Shown piece by piece: positions 28,803-38,491 of a stretch of DNA of 64,000 bases. The stretch covers positions 107,906 to 171,905 of the forward strand of contig CAZJVE010000001.1 of assembly GCA_964549685.1 (NCBI GenBank), given 5' to 3'. How positions within the stretch are numbered: the stretch's first letter is position 1; each line of letters begins with the position of its first letter. The stretch is from an uncultured archaeon (GTDB taxonomy: Archaea > Altiarchaeota > Altiarchaeia > IMC4 > QMZM01). The position numbers and the translations under genes are program-made. The notes below the pieces were generated by a model. The model was not told where the DNA came from. It saw only the letters and a list, made by a program, of their open reading frames with translations, and ran no database searches.

Positions 28803-29723
28803 ATGAAAACCAAGTGGAAGGTCCTTATCCTGGTATCTTTGCTTATCTTTGTTACTCTCGGCATCATTGGAATTATAGCTCTTGTTGGAGAGTTCAACAA
28901 GAACGAGATGCCCTTTTTCGGGAACAAGATTGCCATAATTCCGGTAAAGGGATATATAACAACAGAGAGCTGCGGACCCAGTATGATTGGTGGGGCGCAG
29001 TGTGCTGAAGTGGCAGTAATAAAGAGTAGGATACAGGGTGCTGAAAGCGACCCCTCGATAAGGGCCATAGTCCTTGACATAAATTCCGGTGGCGGCAGTG
29101 TCGTTGCCACAGGCGAGATTGAGGAGGCGATTAGGAACAGTGACAAGCCGGTGGTTGCATGGATTGAAGAGGTCGGTGCATCTGGGGCGTACTACATTGC
29201 ATCAGCAGCTGATGTTATTGTAGCAGATAAAAATTCGATTACGGGAAGCATAGGCGTTATAATGACGGTCCCTCACTATTATGGGCTACTGGGAATGATT
29301 GGCGTTAACATGACAGTAATCAAGGCAGGGAACAGCAAGGATATAGGGAGCCCCTACAGGGAGATGACCAACGAGGAAGAAGGCGACCTTCAGGGGATGG
29401 TGGATAAGATCTACTACGATTTTGTCTCAGGGGTGGCAGAAAACAGGGGCCTTTCAGTGGAGTATGTAGAAAACATATCCGATGGTAGCATATATCTCGG
29501 CAGTGAGGCGCAGGAGCTCGGCCTGGTGGATGTCCTTGGAGGAAGGTCAGCCGCCATAGAGATTGCAGCAGAGCTCGGAGGGATTGAAGGGACTCCAGGC
29601 ATAGTCGAAACAAGGCCAAAGAAAAACCTGGTTGATTTGCTGTCAGAGATGTCAACACACGTGGGCTATGGAATAGGTAAGGGTATAATAAGCGAATACG
29701 GAGACCAAAGATGGGCAGAATAA
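28803..29723 (+). CDS. sppA: Signal peptide peptidase SppA (36K type)
   Basis: TM anchor and ClpP/crotonase fold with the Ser motif region GASGAYY. Confidence 0.75.
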   Translation: MKTKWKVLILVSLLIFVTLGIIGIIALVGEFNKNEMPFFGNKIAIIPVKGYITTESCGPSMIGGAQCAEVAVIKSRIQGAESDPSIRAIVLDINSGGGSVVATGEIEEAIRNSDKPVVAWIEEVGASGAYYIASAADVIVADKNSITGSIGVIMTVPHYYGLLGMIGVNMTVIKAGNSKDIGSPYREMTNEEEGDLQGMVDKIYYDFVSGVAENRGLSVEYVENISDGSIYLGSEAQELGLVDVLGGRSAAIEIAAELGGIEGTPGIVETRPKKNLVDLLSEMSTHVGYGIGKGIISEYGDQRWAE

Positions 29724-29911
29724 AGCAGACGTATCTGAAGAGGATTGCCAACGAGCTCCTTGAGAAATACAGGGGGGAGTTCGGCAAGGACTTTCAGAAG
29801 AATAAGGAGAAGGTGCATGAGCTAAGCACTGTAGAGAGCAAGGCCATAAGGAACAAGATTGCAGGCTACATAACGAAGGTTATGAAGAGGGAAGCGGTAG
29901 AGGCAAGCTAG
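29711..29911 (+). CDS. rps17e: 30S ribosomal protein S17e
   Basis: MGRIKQTYLKRIANELLEKY is a canonical S17e N-terminus. Confidence 0.88.
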   Translation: MGRIKQTYLKRIANELLEKYRGEFGKDFQKNKEKVHELSTVESKAIRNKIAGYITKVMKREAVEAS

Positions 29912-30699
29912 ATTTCATAGCACTTTTTCTTATAGCCGCATGCTTCGCATTTCTTTTCTGAGCCGTGGGAGCAGATTTCAGGGATTTTCCCCTGAAGGAT
30001 TTCTATTATCTCATCTCTTGTATTGATTACCTCCCTTCTCAGTTTCTCCGTTGTCATGACGGGCCTTCTCTCCTGGATTCTGGTATATTCGACAAAGCCG
30101 TGGGTTATTGGCTCCTTCAGCTTGAATTTGTCCTCAAGGAGCATTGCATAGGCACACGTCTGGAGGCGGTCGCCCTCCCATACTCCGTCTGACGGCTGGC
30201 CCGTCTTTATCTCTACCGGAACGTAGGTTTCATCGAGCATTATCTTGTCAACTCTCCCTGTAATTCCAATGCTGTCTGACTTTATGTAGTATTCTACCTT
30301 CCACGGAGTCACCATCTGCAGGGCCCGGTCGATTCCAAGCTCCTCGACAATAATTCCCAGCTTGGTGCTTATGGTTCCGATTTCTTTCAGCAGCTCCGAC
30401 CTTATGGCAGGGATGAAACTCTCATAGCGGGCATCCTTTAGCATTCCCTTGTAGATGGAGGGAAAGTCCTGCATTATCTGCTCCAGCTCCTGCAGCAGGA
30501 GAATTTCCAGCTCGTCAGGATGTTGAATCTTACCTAGTAACTTCGCCTGCCTCATGCTGAGTTCTTTTCTTACTGCATGTCCTAACAGTCCCTTGGTCTG
30601 CCCTTCTGTGGGTTTGGTCTTTATCTTCAATACCTTAGAAAGATAGATGTTCCTGGGGCAGAAGGTGTACTGGTTCAAGGTAGAGGCATTGACATTCAT
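29908..30699 (-). CDS. Cas4-like PD-(D/E)xK nuclease with 4-Cys Fe-S cluster (DUF83 family), not CRISPR-linked
   Basis: N-terminal Cys (YTFCPR), D (GRVDKI), ExK (VEIKTG), QxxxY (QTCAYAML), C-terminal CX8CX2CX5C. Confidence 0.7.
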   Translation of the reverse strand: MNVNASTLNQYTFCPRNIYLSKVLKIKTKPTEGQTKGLLGHAVRKELSMRQAKLLGKIQHPDELEILLLQELEQIMQDFPSIYKGMLKDARYESFIPAIRSELLKEIGTISTKLGIIVEELGIDRALQMVTPWKVEYYIKSDSIGITGRVDKIMLDETYVPVEIKTGQPSDGVWEGDRLQTCAYAMLLEDKFKLKEPITHGFVEYTRIQERRPVMTTEKLRREVINTRDEIIEILQGKIPEICSHGSEKKCEACGYKKKCYEI

Positions 30700-30746
30700 C
30701 TTACAAATACTGATATTCTTAGAAGTAGGTTAAGATAAACCTGTTT

Positions 30747-30905
30747 TTAGACCGATGCCTTGGCAGCCATCTTCTTGTTCTTTCTCCTTATCTTCCCTGT
30801 CTTCCCGCATTTCCTGCACTTTGTTGACCCAAGTGGGTTCTTTGCGTTGCATTCCATGCAGATTCCCTTGAAGATTCTGATCTCTGCCTCCTTGAATCGT
30901 GCCAT
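30747..30905 (-). CDS. rpl40e: 50S ribosomal protein L40e
   Basis: [23 protein letters not shown]...CRKCG zinc-ribbon L40e; the track ORF has a spurious N-terminal extension. Confidence 0.8.
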   Translation of the reverse strand: MARFKEAEIRIFKGICMECNAKNPLGSTKCRKCGKTGKIRRKNKKMAAKASV

Positions 30906-30976
30906 TTCAGGTATAATTACTATAAAGGCAAGGCATAAAAATGCGGAATTTAAGCCCTCCATCTTAATTTCTTAGG

Positions 30977-32392
30977 ATGGAGAAGCTGGATAAAATACTT
31001 ATCATAGGCTCCGGCCCCATACAGATTGGGCAGGCTGCGGAATTCGACTATAGTGGGAGCCAGGCCTGCCTCTCGCTGAGGGAGGAAGGGAAGACGGTGG
31101 TTCTTGTGAATTCTAACCCGGCTACAATAATGACGGAGCCGGACATTGCGGACATAATCTACATCGAGCCCCTGGTTCCGGAGGTTGTTGCAAAGATTAT
31201 AGAGAAGGAGAAGCCAGACGGGATTCTGCCCACGATGGGGGGACAGACCGGCCTGAACCTTGCTTCTGCCCTGGCAGTTATGGGTGTCTTTGAAGAACAT
31301 AACGTAAAGATACTTGGAACGCCGATAGAGACGATAAAGAACGGCGAGGACAGGGACTCGTTTGCTAACCTTATGAGAGAGATTAACGAGCCAGTGCCCC
31401 CAAGCAAGGCGGTAAATTCGTTCATTGAGGCAAAGGAGGCTGCGGATGAGATTGGCTATCCAGTCATTGTCAGGCCTGCCTACACTCTTGGCGGAGGAGG
31501 GGGCGGAATTGCAGAGAACGAGGAGGAGCTCGAGAGGATAGCAAGGCACGGCCTGCAGCTGAGTATGATAAACCAGGTTCTGATTGAACAGTCGCTCATT
31601 GGCTGGTATGAGTTCGAGTATGAGGTGATGAGAGACTCCGCGGATAACTGTATAACTATATGCTCGATGGAGAATTTCGACCCGATGGGGATTCATACCG
31701 GCGAGAGCATAGTCGTTGCCCCTGCCCAGACTCTGAGTGACGTGGATAACCAGATGCTCAGGAGCGCTTCGTTAAAGATTATAAGGGCTCTGGGCGTTGA
31801 AGGAGGGTGCAACATACAGTTTGCTTTGCATCCCGAAACCAGGGAGTATATGGTGATAGAGGTCAATCCCCGAGTTTCAAGGTCGTCAGCACTGGCTTCC
31901 AAGGCAACCGGCTATCCGATAGCAAGAGTTGCAGCAAAGGTCGCGATAGGAAAAACCCTGGACGAGATTCCGAACGAGGTTACCAAGAAAACACCATCTT
32001 CTTTCGAGCCGTCAATAGACTATATCGTGCTGAAGATCCCGAGATGGCCCTTTGACAAGTTCAGGGACATTGACAGGACCATAGAAACGCAGATGAAGGC
32101 AACGGGAGAGGTCATGTCCATAGGCAGAACATTCGAGGAGGCGCTGCAGAAGGCGATAAATTCCCTGGACGTTGGGAAGGTGGGAATCAGCGGCATGGGC
32201 GAAACGGACATTGACAAGATTAAGGCAAAAATTGAAACCCCGAACGACGAGAGGATGTTCTATATTGTCGATGGGTTCAAGGCAGGCATGTCTGTCGATG
32301 AGATTAATGAGATTTCCCACATCTGCCCCTGGTTCCTGGAGAAGATTAAGGGGCTGGTTGATACAGCAGAGAAGTTTAAGATTGCTATTTAA
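30977..32392 (+). CDS. carB: Carbamoyl-phosphate synthase large subunit, N-terminal half (split gene)
   Basis: Complete first ATP-grasp domain and the start of the oligomerisation domain; stop after ~471 aa, as in split carB of some methanogens; C-half not in the window. Confidence 0.8.
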   Translation: MEKLDKILIIGSGPIQIGQAAEFDYSGSQACLSLREEGKTVVLVNSNPATIMTEPDIADIIYIEPLVPEVVAKIIEKEKPDGILPTMGGQTGLNLASALAVMGVFEEHNVKILGTPIETIKNGEDRDSFANLMREINEPVPPSKAVNSFIEAKEAADEIGYPVIVRPAYTLGGGGGGIAENEEELERIARHGLQLSMINQVLIEQSLIGWYEFEYEVMRDSADNCITICSMENFDPMGIHTGESIVVAPAQTLSDVDNQMLRSASLKIIRALGVEGGCNIQFALHPETREYMVIEVNPRVSRSSALASKATGYPIARVAAKVAIGKTLDEIPNEVTKKTPSSFEPSIDYIVLKIPRWPFDKFRDIDRTIETQMKATGEVMSIGRTFEEALQKAINSLDVGKVGISGMGETDIDKIKAKIETPNDERMFYIVDGFKAGMSVDEINEISHICPWFLEKIKGLVDTAEKFKIAI

Positions 32393-32450
32393 TTTCTGGA
32401 TTGGAGTGCTAAAATATCCCATATTTATCCGTGTAATCTAAGTTAGTTAT

Positions 32451-33155
32451 ATGAGATTTCCGGCGCTTGGTCCTGATCTTGCAGAGTTCGTAGGTGTGCT
32501 CCTAGGTGACGGTTCAATAGGCAGATATGAGTGTCGTGCAGGAGATAAAATCAAAATCCAACATAGAGTAAAAGTAACCGGTGATGGGGAAGAGGACCTG
32601 CCATATTTCAAGGAGTTTTTGTCCCCATTAATGACAAACCTCTTTGGTAAAGGGCCGTTGCTTCGTTTCAAAAGAAACGAAAGGACTGCAGAACTCGCAT
32701 ATTTTGGTAAGGAGTTATATGAATTCTTAATTGGATTAGGTATGGTTTCCGCCCCAAAGAGAAATAGAGCAATAATTCCTCCTTTTGTATTTGAGAAAAA
32801 TCTTGAATTGCATTTCCTGAGGGGTTTGTTTGACACAGATGGGTGTTTAGTATTTGACAAACAGCACAAGGATATTCATTACTACCCCAGAATAGAGATA
32901 AAGATGTTGTCGTGTCCTATGAGGGAGCAATTGTTGAGTATACTGTCAGATAGAGGGTTCAGATATATAACTTCACCCCAACCTAATGAGGGCTTGAGGA
33001 TACAGATGAATGGTAAGAAAATATTTGAGAGGTGGATGAAGGATATTGGGTTCAATAACCAGAAACACGTAAGCAAGTATGATGTATGGAGTAAGTTTGG
33101 ATATTACACACCAAATACCACACTGAAGGAAAGAATCGATATTCTAGCGCAGTGA
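32451..33155 (+). CDS. Free-standing double-motif LAGLIDADG homing endonuclease
   Basis: Two LAGLIDADG motifs (VLLGDGSIG and LRGLFDTDGCL) about 100 aa apart; AT-rich compared with its neighbours. Confidence 0.75.
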   Translation: MRFPALGPDLAEFVGVLLGDGSIGRYECRAGDKIKIQHRVKVTGDGEEDLPYFKEFLSPLMTNLFGKGPLLRFKRNERTAELAYFGKELYEFLIGLGMVSAPKRNRAIIPPFVFEKNLELHFLRGLFDTDGCLVFDKQHKDIHYYPRIEIKMLSCPMREQLLSILSDRGFRYITSPQPNEGLRIQMNGKKIFERWMKDIGFNNQKHVSKYDVWSKFGYYTPNTTLKERIDILAQ

Positions 33156-33228
33156 TTGCTATTTAACGCCTTATTCTGAAAGTATTAAACGCGAGGTTGC
33201 TGTTCACCGTAGCGAAATAGTACCCTAT

Positions 33229-33381
33229 AGCGGGATTGAGCAGCCAGGAGTGCTCGTCGGACGTATGGAGGTGTTATACATGCTCGTGCGGGCGAAGCTC
33301 ATATGAGGGTTTTTAACCAATCGTGAGAAAAAGTGCTTCTGAGAGACCCGAAGGTCGGTGGTTCAAATCCACCTCCCGCTA
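33229..33381 (+). tRNA. Initiator-type tRNA-Met(CAT) with two predicted introns (exons 33229..33260, 33297..33303, 33346..33381)
   Basis: A1:U72 acceptor AGCGGGA/TCCCGCT, D-loop AGCCAGGAG, T-arm GGTGG-TTCAAAT-CCACC, variable AGGTC. Joining the three exons gives anticodon arm UCGGG-CUCAUAA-CCCGA, an initiator signature. Confidence 0.55.
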
Positions 33382-33412
33382 TATTTTCTTTTAAAATTAT
33401 GGTGGTTGGTAA

Positions 33413-33772
33413 ATGGATATAACAACGAATACAGTTCAGGTTCTCACAGGCTCAACAATAGCTATACTTGCAACTTTTGTATATTCGGCACTCACTCGTG
33501 CTTTTTTGAGTGGGGGGTCATTCCGTAAAAAATGGGAGGCTGTGTTTATCACATTAGGAACAGCCTTTGCATTAGGCATGTTAACACCAAGCATAAACGA
33601 ATTCTGGCGGGAAGTAATCCCTCAAATTACTTATCTTCAATTGGTTGGTGTTTTGATAATGGTCGGAACATTCAGCGTAAATCAAATGGTGCATAATTGG
33701 CGACATAGCACCGGAACATCAATCATTCTCTACGGTGCCGGGTTGATACTCTTTGGTTATCGATACATATAA
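33413..33772 (+). CDS. Hypothetical membrane protein
   Basis: Four predicted TM helices. Confidence 0.4.
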   Translation: MDITTNTVQVLTGSTIAILATFVYSALTRAFLSGGSFRKKWEAVFITLGTAFALGMLTPSINEFWREVIPQITYLQLVGVLIMVGTFSVNQMVHNWRHSTGTSIILYGAGLILFGYRYI

Positions 33773-33779
33773 GAACCGG

Positions 33780-34574
33780 TCATAAAACCATCAAACTAAC
33801 CCCAAATCCAACAATCAGCCCCGCACAAATCGGGGGCAGTGCTGGAAGTGCGACTTTTTCTTGGTTCAGAATGTAGACAAAGAGTAGGGTTATGCCGATT
33901 AATCCCCCGGCTGCTGTGATGGCCGCGTTCGTGAAGGAATAATCCCTCATCACAGAGACCGAGAAGATAAGGGGAACTGCCAGGTCTCCCGTTCCGAGGC
34001 CAAGGAACCTGTCGCCGAAGGGGATTGTGAACATCAGCGGGATTTTGCCTTCGGCTCCCTTTGCGAGGGTTATCATGTGTTTTGTGCCGAAGACTGCAAC
34101 AAGGTCGTAGGCCGAGAGGATTAGGATGAGTATGAGGGCTGGGATGAATGCTATTGAGGAACCAAACAGCGCCCCGATGCCAGGAATCGTGAAGAGAAGG
34201 ACTATGTTCATGACTGCCGGGTTCCTGCTCTTCAGGATTGAGAGGATAAATAGAGCCGCTGCCAGAAGCAGGCCGATGAAATCGAAGAGAACCCAGAGGG
34301 TGAATGAAAGGCCGACTACTAGGAAGAAAAAGGACATAATTTTTATAATAAAATATAGCCCGAATTTCAGTAGCAGGAGCAGTATTCCCGTCCCGATGAG
34401 AATGTAAACGAAAATTATCAATGAGGTGAGGGGGTTATCCGGCTCCTCTATTACCGGGGCAATCTCCCCTGATTCTATCGCCCCTATCAGCTCGGAACCA
34501 ATATGCAGGCCCATCAGCTGAATGGAAACGTAAAGAAGGATTATCAGTATCAGGGGCTCGTATTTCATTCTCAT
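33780..34574 (-). CDS. Presenilin/signal-peptide-peptidase homologue (intramembrane aspartyl protease, A22 family)
   Basis: YD motif (SAYDLVAV), GxGD motif (GLGTGD), PAL motif (LPALPP) in a polytopic membrane protein. Confidence 0.7.
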   Translation of the reverse strand: MRMKYEPLILIILLYVSIQLMGLHIGSELIGAIESGEIAPVIEEPDNPLTSLIIFVYILIGTGILLLLLKFGLYFIIKIMSFFFLVVGLSFTLWVLFDFIGLLLAAALFILSILKSRNPAVMNIVLLFTIPGIGALFGSSIAFIPALILILILSAYDLVAVFGTKHMITLAKGAEGKIPLMFTIPFGDRFLGLGTGDLAVPLIFSVSVMRDYSFTNAAITAAGGLIGITLLFVYILNQEKVALPALPPICAGLIVGFGVSLMVL

Positions 34575-36595
34575 CTATGTTCTGTGAACATGAATTTCCC
34601 GTGCCTGGGCTCGTAGATTATTCCCTTTGTCTTTAATTCGGTTATTATCTTCTCTGCCTTGAACTTGTCTATCTCCTTGCCTTCTGCCTCTCTAATAATG
34701 TCCTCCATGTGAGCGGAGCCGTCGCCGCTTTCGGCAAGAAGCCCCCTTATGATGTCCTCCATCAGCTTTATCTTGTCCCTGTCCGATTTTGGATATTCCG
34801 CACCGATTCTGTCGATGTCTATCTCTCCTGTTGCGGCGTCATAGGCGACCTCCCTAAGCACGAAGTTTGTGAGTCTTATTGCTCTGTCTGCATCGCTGAC
34901 TGTTACCGCGTCGCTCAGCCTTATCTTTGCCGATGCCTCGGCCAGCCTTACTAACGCCTCTAGCTGTCTTGGGGTTGCCCTTACTGTTTCCTGGCTCCCG
35001 CCCCTCAAATCCACGTAGTACGCCTTTATCTTCTCCGCCGCATCGTCCGTCATGACGGGACGCATGTTCTTGCGCGAATATGCTATGTACTTCCTGAACA
35101 ATTCCGCATTAATTACCGGCTGGATTTCTTCGGCTTCCTCCGGCGTCTTGTGCATCTTGAGCATGTGGTCTGCTATTTCCGCGTCCTTCTCCTTGTCCAG
35201 GATGTCTCTGATAGGGAAAATGAGGTCAAATCTGCTTAGTAGGGTTGGGGGTATATCGAACTGCTCGCCCAGCGGCTTGTAGCTGTCGAACCTGCTGAAT
35301 TTTGGATTAGATGCTGCGAGGACCGCAGTATTTGCAATGAACCTTGTTACCATCCCAGCCTTCGCCACGCTAATGGTTTGCTGCTCCATCGCCTCGTGCA
35401 TGGCACTTCTGTCTTCCTTGTCCATCTTGTCGAACTCGTCAATGCAGACGACTCCGCCTCCTGCAAGAACCAGTGCTCCTGCCTTCAGGGTCCATCCACC
35501 CTCACCGAAGTCGTCCTTCTCTGCCGTGGCTGTAAGGCCCGCCCCGGTTGTGCCTTTGCCGGTAACATAGATGCTTTTTGGTGCTATCTGGTTAACGTAC
35601 TGAAGAATTCTCGATTTAGCGACACCGGGGTCTCCGACGAGAAGAAGATGTATATCCGGTCTGAGGGGGGTTCCGTCAGGAAGCCTCTTCCTTCCCCTTC
35701 CGCCAAAGAGCTGTAATGCGATGGCTTCCTTGACCTCGTTGTAGCCCCAAATTCCGGGGGCGATTGATGCTATTACATGGTCATGAATCTTGGGGTTCTT
35801 GGCAAACTTCTTAATCTCCCTCTCTTCTTTCTTGCTAATTTCGATGTCCTCGAACTCCCTGGCTATTCCCTCAATGTTGTTGCCTTCAATATATTTGAGG
35901 TAGACCGAGCCGCCTTTCTTCGGGGGGAGGAGTCTCATTATGCCCGTGATTACAACACGGTCTCCTGCATAGACCGCATCGGTCAAATCATCCTCCACCC
36001 ACACCTCTATCCTTCTCGCTTCCGCACCTCCCTTGAGCATCTCCAGCGGCTCCTGAATCTCCAGCTTCTGGATGTCTGTCAGTTTTGATTCCTCGGGTAC
36101 AAAGCGAAATTCCCGTCTCTTGCAGTTATTGCAGAACGGGGGCTGCTGCAGAAATCTTGTCGCCTGCGGCTCATCGTGCGATTCATTGCATTTATTGCAG
36201 TAGAATCTGCCGGTTTCAATCTTCGGGAAGATGTCAGTAATCTTGTTAACAAGGCCCTCAAGGGCCATCATCCCCCCTACATTTTTGGATCTGAGTTCTC
36301 TAACGAGAATAGTATAGCCCTTCTCCTTGGGGATGTTATAGAAACGGACGTTTATCCTGAGGTCGTCCATTAGTTCTGGCGCAACCGAGATTTTTTCCTT
36401 CAGAAGAGTCTGGAGGATTTCCAGTATATCGTCGGGATTCGCAATTAACTCCTCAGCAAGCCCGTGGTCAAATTTCTCAAGCTCTTCATAATTGATGAGG
36501 AGGCTTTTTACCTCGGGATAGAGCTCAGCAACCTTGTTTATGTCATTGGACTTCTTGTTTAGAAACCCCTCAAGCTTATCGTTGACTTTTTCCAT
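34571..36595 (-). CDS. mcm: MCM replicative helicase
   Basis: N-terminal Zn finger (CNKCN...CNNCK), Walker A GDPGVAKS, Walker B IDEFDKM, arginine finger, winged-helix C-terminus; size shows no intein. Confidence 0.9.
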   Translation of the reverse strand: MEKVNDKLEGFLNKKSNDINKVAELYPEVKSLLINYEELEKFDHGLAEELIANPDDILEILQTLLKEKISVAPELMDDLRINVRFYNIPKEKGYTILVRELRSKNVGGMMALEGLVNKITDIFPKIETGRFYCNKCNESHDEPQATRFLQQPPFCNNCKRREFRFVPEESKLTDIQKLEIQEPLEMLKGGAEARRIEVWVEDDLTDAVYAGDRVVITGIMRLLPPKKGGSVYLKYIEGNNIEGIAREFEDIEISKKEEREIKKFAKNPKIHDHVIASIAPGIWGYNEVKEAIALQLFGGRGRKRLPDGTPLRPDIHLLLVGDPGVAKSRILQYVNQIAPKSIYVTGKGTTGAGLTATAEKDDFGEGGWTLKAGALVLAGGGVVCIDEFDKMDKEDRSAMHEAMEQQTISVAKAGMVTRFIANTAVLAASNPKFSRFDSYKPLGEQFDIPPTLLSRFDLIFPIRDILDKEKDAEIADHMLKMHKTPEEAEEIQPVINAELFRKYIAYSRKNMRPVMTDDAAEKIKAYYVDLRGGSQETVRATPRQLEALVRLAEASAKIRLSDAVTVSDADRAIRLTNFVLREVAYDAATGEIDIDRIGAEYPKSDRDKIKLMEDIIRGLLAESGDGSAHMEDIIREAEGKEIDKFKAEKIITELKTKGIIYEPRHGKFMFTEHR

Positions 36596-36741
36596 CTTGC
36601 TGAAATTTCGGGAGGATTAATATAATAGGGGCACTTGGTAAAAAGGCAGTTTGGAATTTCTTGTGTTTTCAGCCTTATAGACAATTGTCGATTTTTATTC
36701 GCCTATGTATTTATACATATACGGATAAGTAATGGTATGAA

Positions 36742-37437
36742 TTGGACTCTGAAAGCGAGATCACACGGAGGATTGCAGGGGAAATCGTGCTGGCAGAGAA
36801 ACCAGGAAAGTCGATGAGGAAGTGGCGCGAGATCTTCGGCATTAAACAGAAGAGGCTTGCGCAAAAGCTTGGGATTTCGGCCTCGGTGATTTCGGATTAC
36901 GAGTCCGGAAGGAGGAAATCTCCAGGCATTGGGTTCGTGAGGAGATTCATAAAGGCTTTGGTTCGGGAGGACATCAAGGGCAGGCGTGAGTTGACGAAGA
37001 TGCTCTCCCCCGCCAGGAAACCGGATGCGATTCTCGGCATCAGGGAATTCCTGACACCGCTGCCTATCAAAAAGCTTGTGAAGGCGGTAAATGGCAGGGT
37101 TGTCGTAAGGGGGGGTATGAAGGACAAGGCGGTGTGGGGATATACCGTCATCGATTCGATAAAGGCAATCCTTGAGCTTTCCGAGACGGAGTTCATGAGC
37201 CTCTATGGAGCAAACGCCAAGAGGGCATTGATATTCACAAAGGTTCAAACGGGTCGGTCACCGATGATAGCGATAAAGGTGACCTCACCCAAACCGTCGG
37301 TAGTAATACTTCACGGCCTGAAGGCCGGGAAGGTGGACAAGCTAGCGGCAAGCATTGCGAAGAACGAGGGCATACCGCTCGTCGTTTCGGAGATGAGCGA
37401 TGAGGAGTTGACTAATAAGCTAAGGAAGCTCGCATAA
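36742..37437 (+). CDS. XRE-family HTH transcriptional regulator (TTG start)
   Basis: [21 protein letters not shown]; conserved position upstream of the HMGCS/thiolase/DUF35 operon. Confidence 0.6.
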   Translation: MDSESEITRRIAGEIVLAEKPGKSMRKWREIFGIKQKRLAQKLGISASVISDYESGRRKSPGIGFVRRFIKALVREDIKGRRELTKMLSPARKPDAILGIREFLTPLPIKKLVKAVNGRVVVRGGMKDKAVWGYTVIDSIKAILELSETEFMSLYGANAKRALIFTKVQTGRSPMIAIKVTSPKPSVVILHGLKAGKVDKLAASIAKNEGIPLVVSEMSDEELTNKLRKLA

Positions 37438-37438
37438 A

Positions 37439-38491
37439 ATGGCTGTTGGAATTGTCGGCTATGGAACATATCTCCCGAAGTACAGGATAAAGGCTGAGGA
37501 GATTGCAAGGGTATGGGGCAAAGACCCGGAAGCTATGAAGAAGGGTCTTGGAGTTTATGAGAAGACAATCCCCAACCTGGATGAGGATGCTGCGACCATT
37601 GCTGTTGAAGCAGCCAGAAGTGCACTGAGGCATTCCGGAATTAACCCGGCAGATATAGGGGCAATCTACGTGGGCTCTGAGTCACATCCCTATGCCGTAA
37701 AGCCAACTGCGACTATTGTGAGCGCCGCAATAGAGGCAACTCCCGATTTAACTGCAGCAGACCTTGAATTCGCATGCAAGGCAGGGACTGCAGCAATTCA
37801 GTGCTGCATGGGTCTGGTCGAGGCAGGGAGGATTAAATATGGATTAGCAATCGGTTCTGATACATCTCAGGGGATGCCAGGAGATGCACTAGAGTATACC
37901 GCATCAGCAGGGGGTGCTGCCTTCATCATAGGGAATAACAAGCTGATTGCAGAGATTAAAGATACCTATTCCTTTACCACAGACACGCCGGACTTCTGGA
38001 GGAGGGAGGGTCAAGAATTCCCAAAGCACGGGGCAAGGTTTACCGGAGAGCCCGCTTATTTTAAACACGTAATTAATTGCTCGAAAAAGATAATGGAGAG
38101 AAACAAGCTGAGTCCAAAAGACTTCCAGTATGCTGTGTTTCATCAGCCCAACGGCAGATTCCCGGCGAAGGCTGCGAAGATACTCGGCTTCGACCAGGAG
38201 CAGATAAAACTGGGATTGCTGACGCCATGGATTGGCAATACCTATTCGGGGTCCACTCCACTGGGCCTTGCGAGAATTCTCGACGAGGCGAAGGGGGGCG
38301 ATTTGATTCTTGCAACGTCCTATGGCTCTGGTGCCGGTTCCGACTCGTTTATAATCGAGGTAACAAAGGAGAATGAGAAGAGGAGGAATGCAAAACCGCT
38401 CCAGTGTTTCATCGACAGGAAGGAGTACGTTGATTATGCCATATATGCAAAGCTGAAGGGTAAGATTAAGGGGGTTGTCCTGGAGAAATGA
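37439..38491 (+). CDS. Hydroxymethylglutaryl-CoA synthase
   Basis: Archaeal HMGCS start [17 protein letters not shown] and catalytic Cys region. Confidence 0.85.
   Translation: MAVGIVGYGTYLPKYRIKAEEIARVWGKDPEAMKKGLGVYEKTIPNLDEDAATIAVEAARSALRHSGINPADIGAIYVGSESHPYAVKPTATIVSAAIEATPDLTAADLEFACKAGTAAIQCCMGLVEAGRIKYGLAIGSDTSQGMPGDALEYTASAGGAAFIIGNNKLIAEIKDTYSFTTDTPDFWRREGQEFPKHGARFTGEPAYFKHVINCSKKIMERNKLSPKDFQYAVFHQPNGRFPAKAAKILGFDQEQIKLGLLTPWIGNTYSGSTPLGLARILDEAKGGDLILATSYGSGAGSDSFIIEVTKENEKRRNAKPLQCFIDRKEYVDYAIYAKLKGKIKGVVLEK

Noticed and set aside
33229-33381. A single-intron tRNA with the anticodon taken from the 3' portion (e.g. CTTCTGA read as Arg-UCU loop)
   Set aside because: No 5-bp anticodon stem can be formed around that loop, and a single intron leaves an A31:C39 mismatch and no U33. 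The two-intron model gives a perfect initiator-type cloverleaf.
30977-36595. Inteins in carB, MCM or nrdD
   Set aside because: All three have lengths and contiguous motifs consistent with intein-free proteins. The LAGLIDADG ORF is out of frame with, and separated from, carB.
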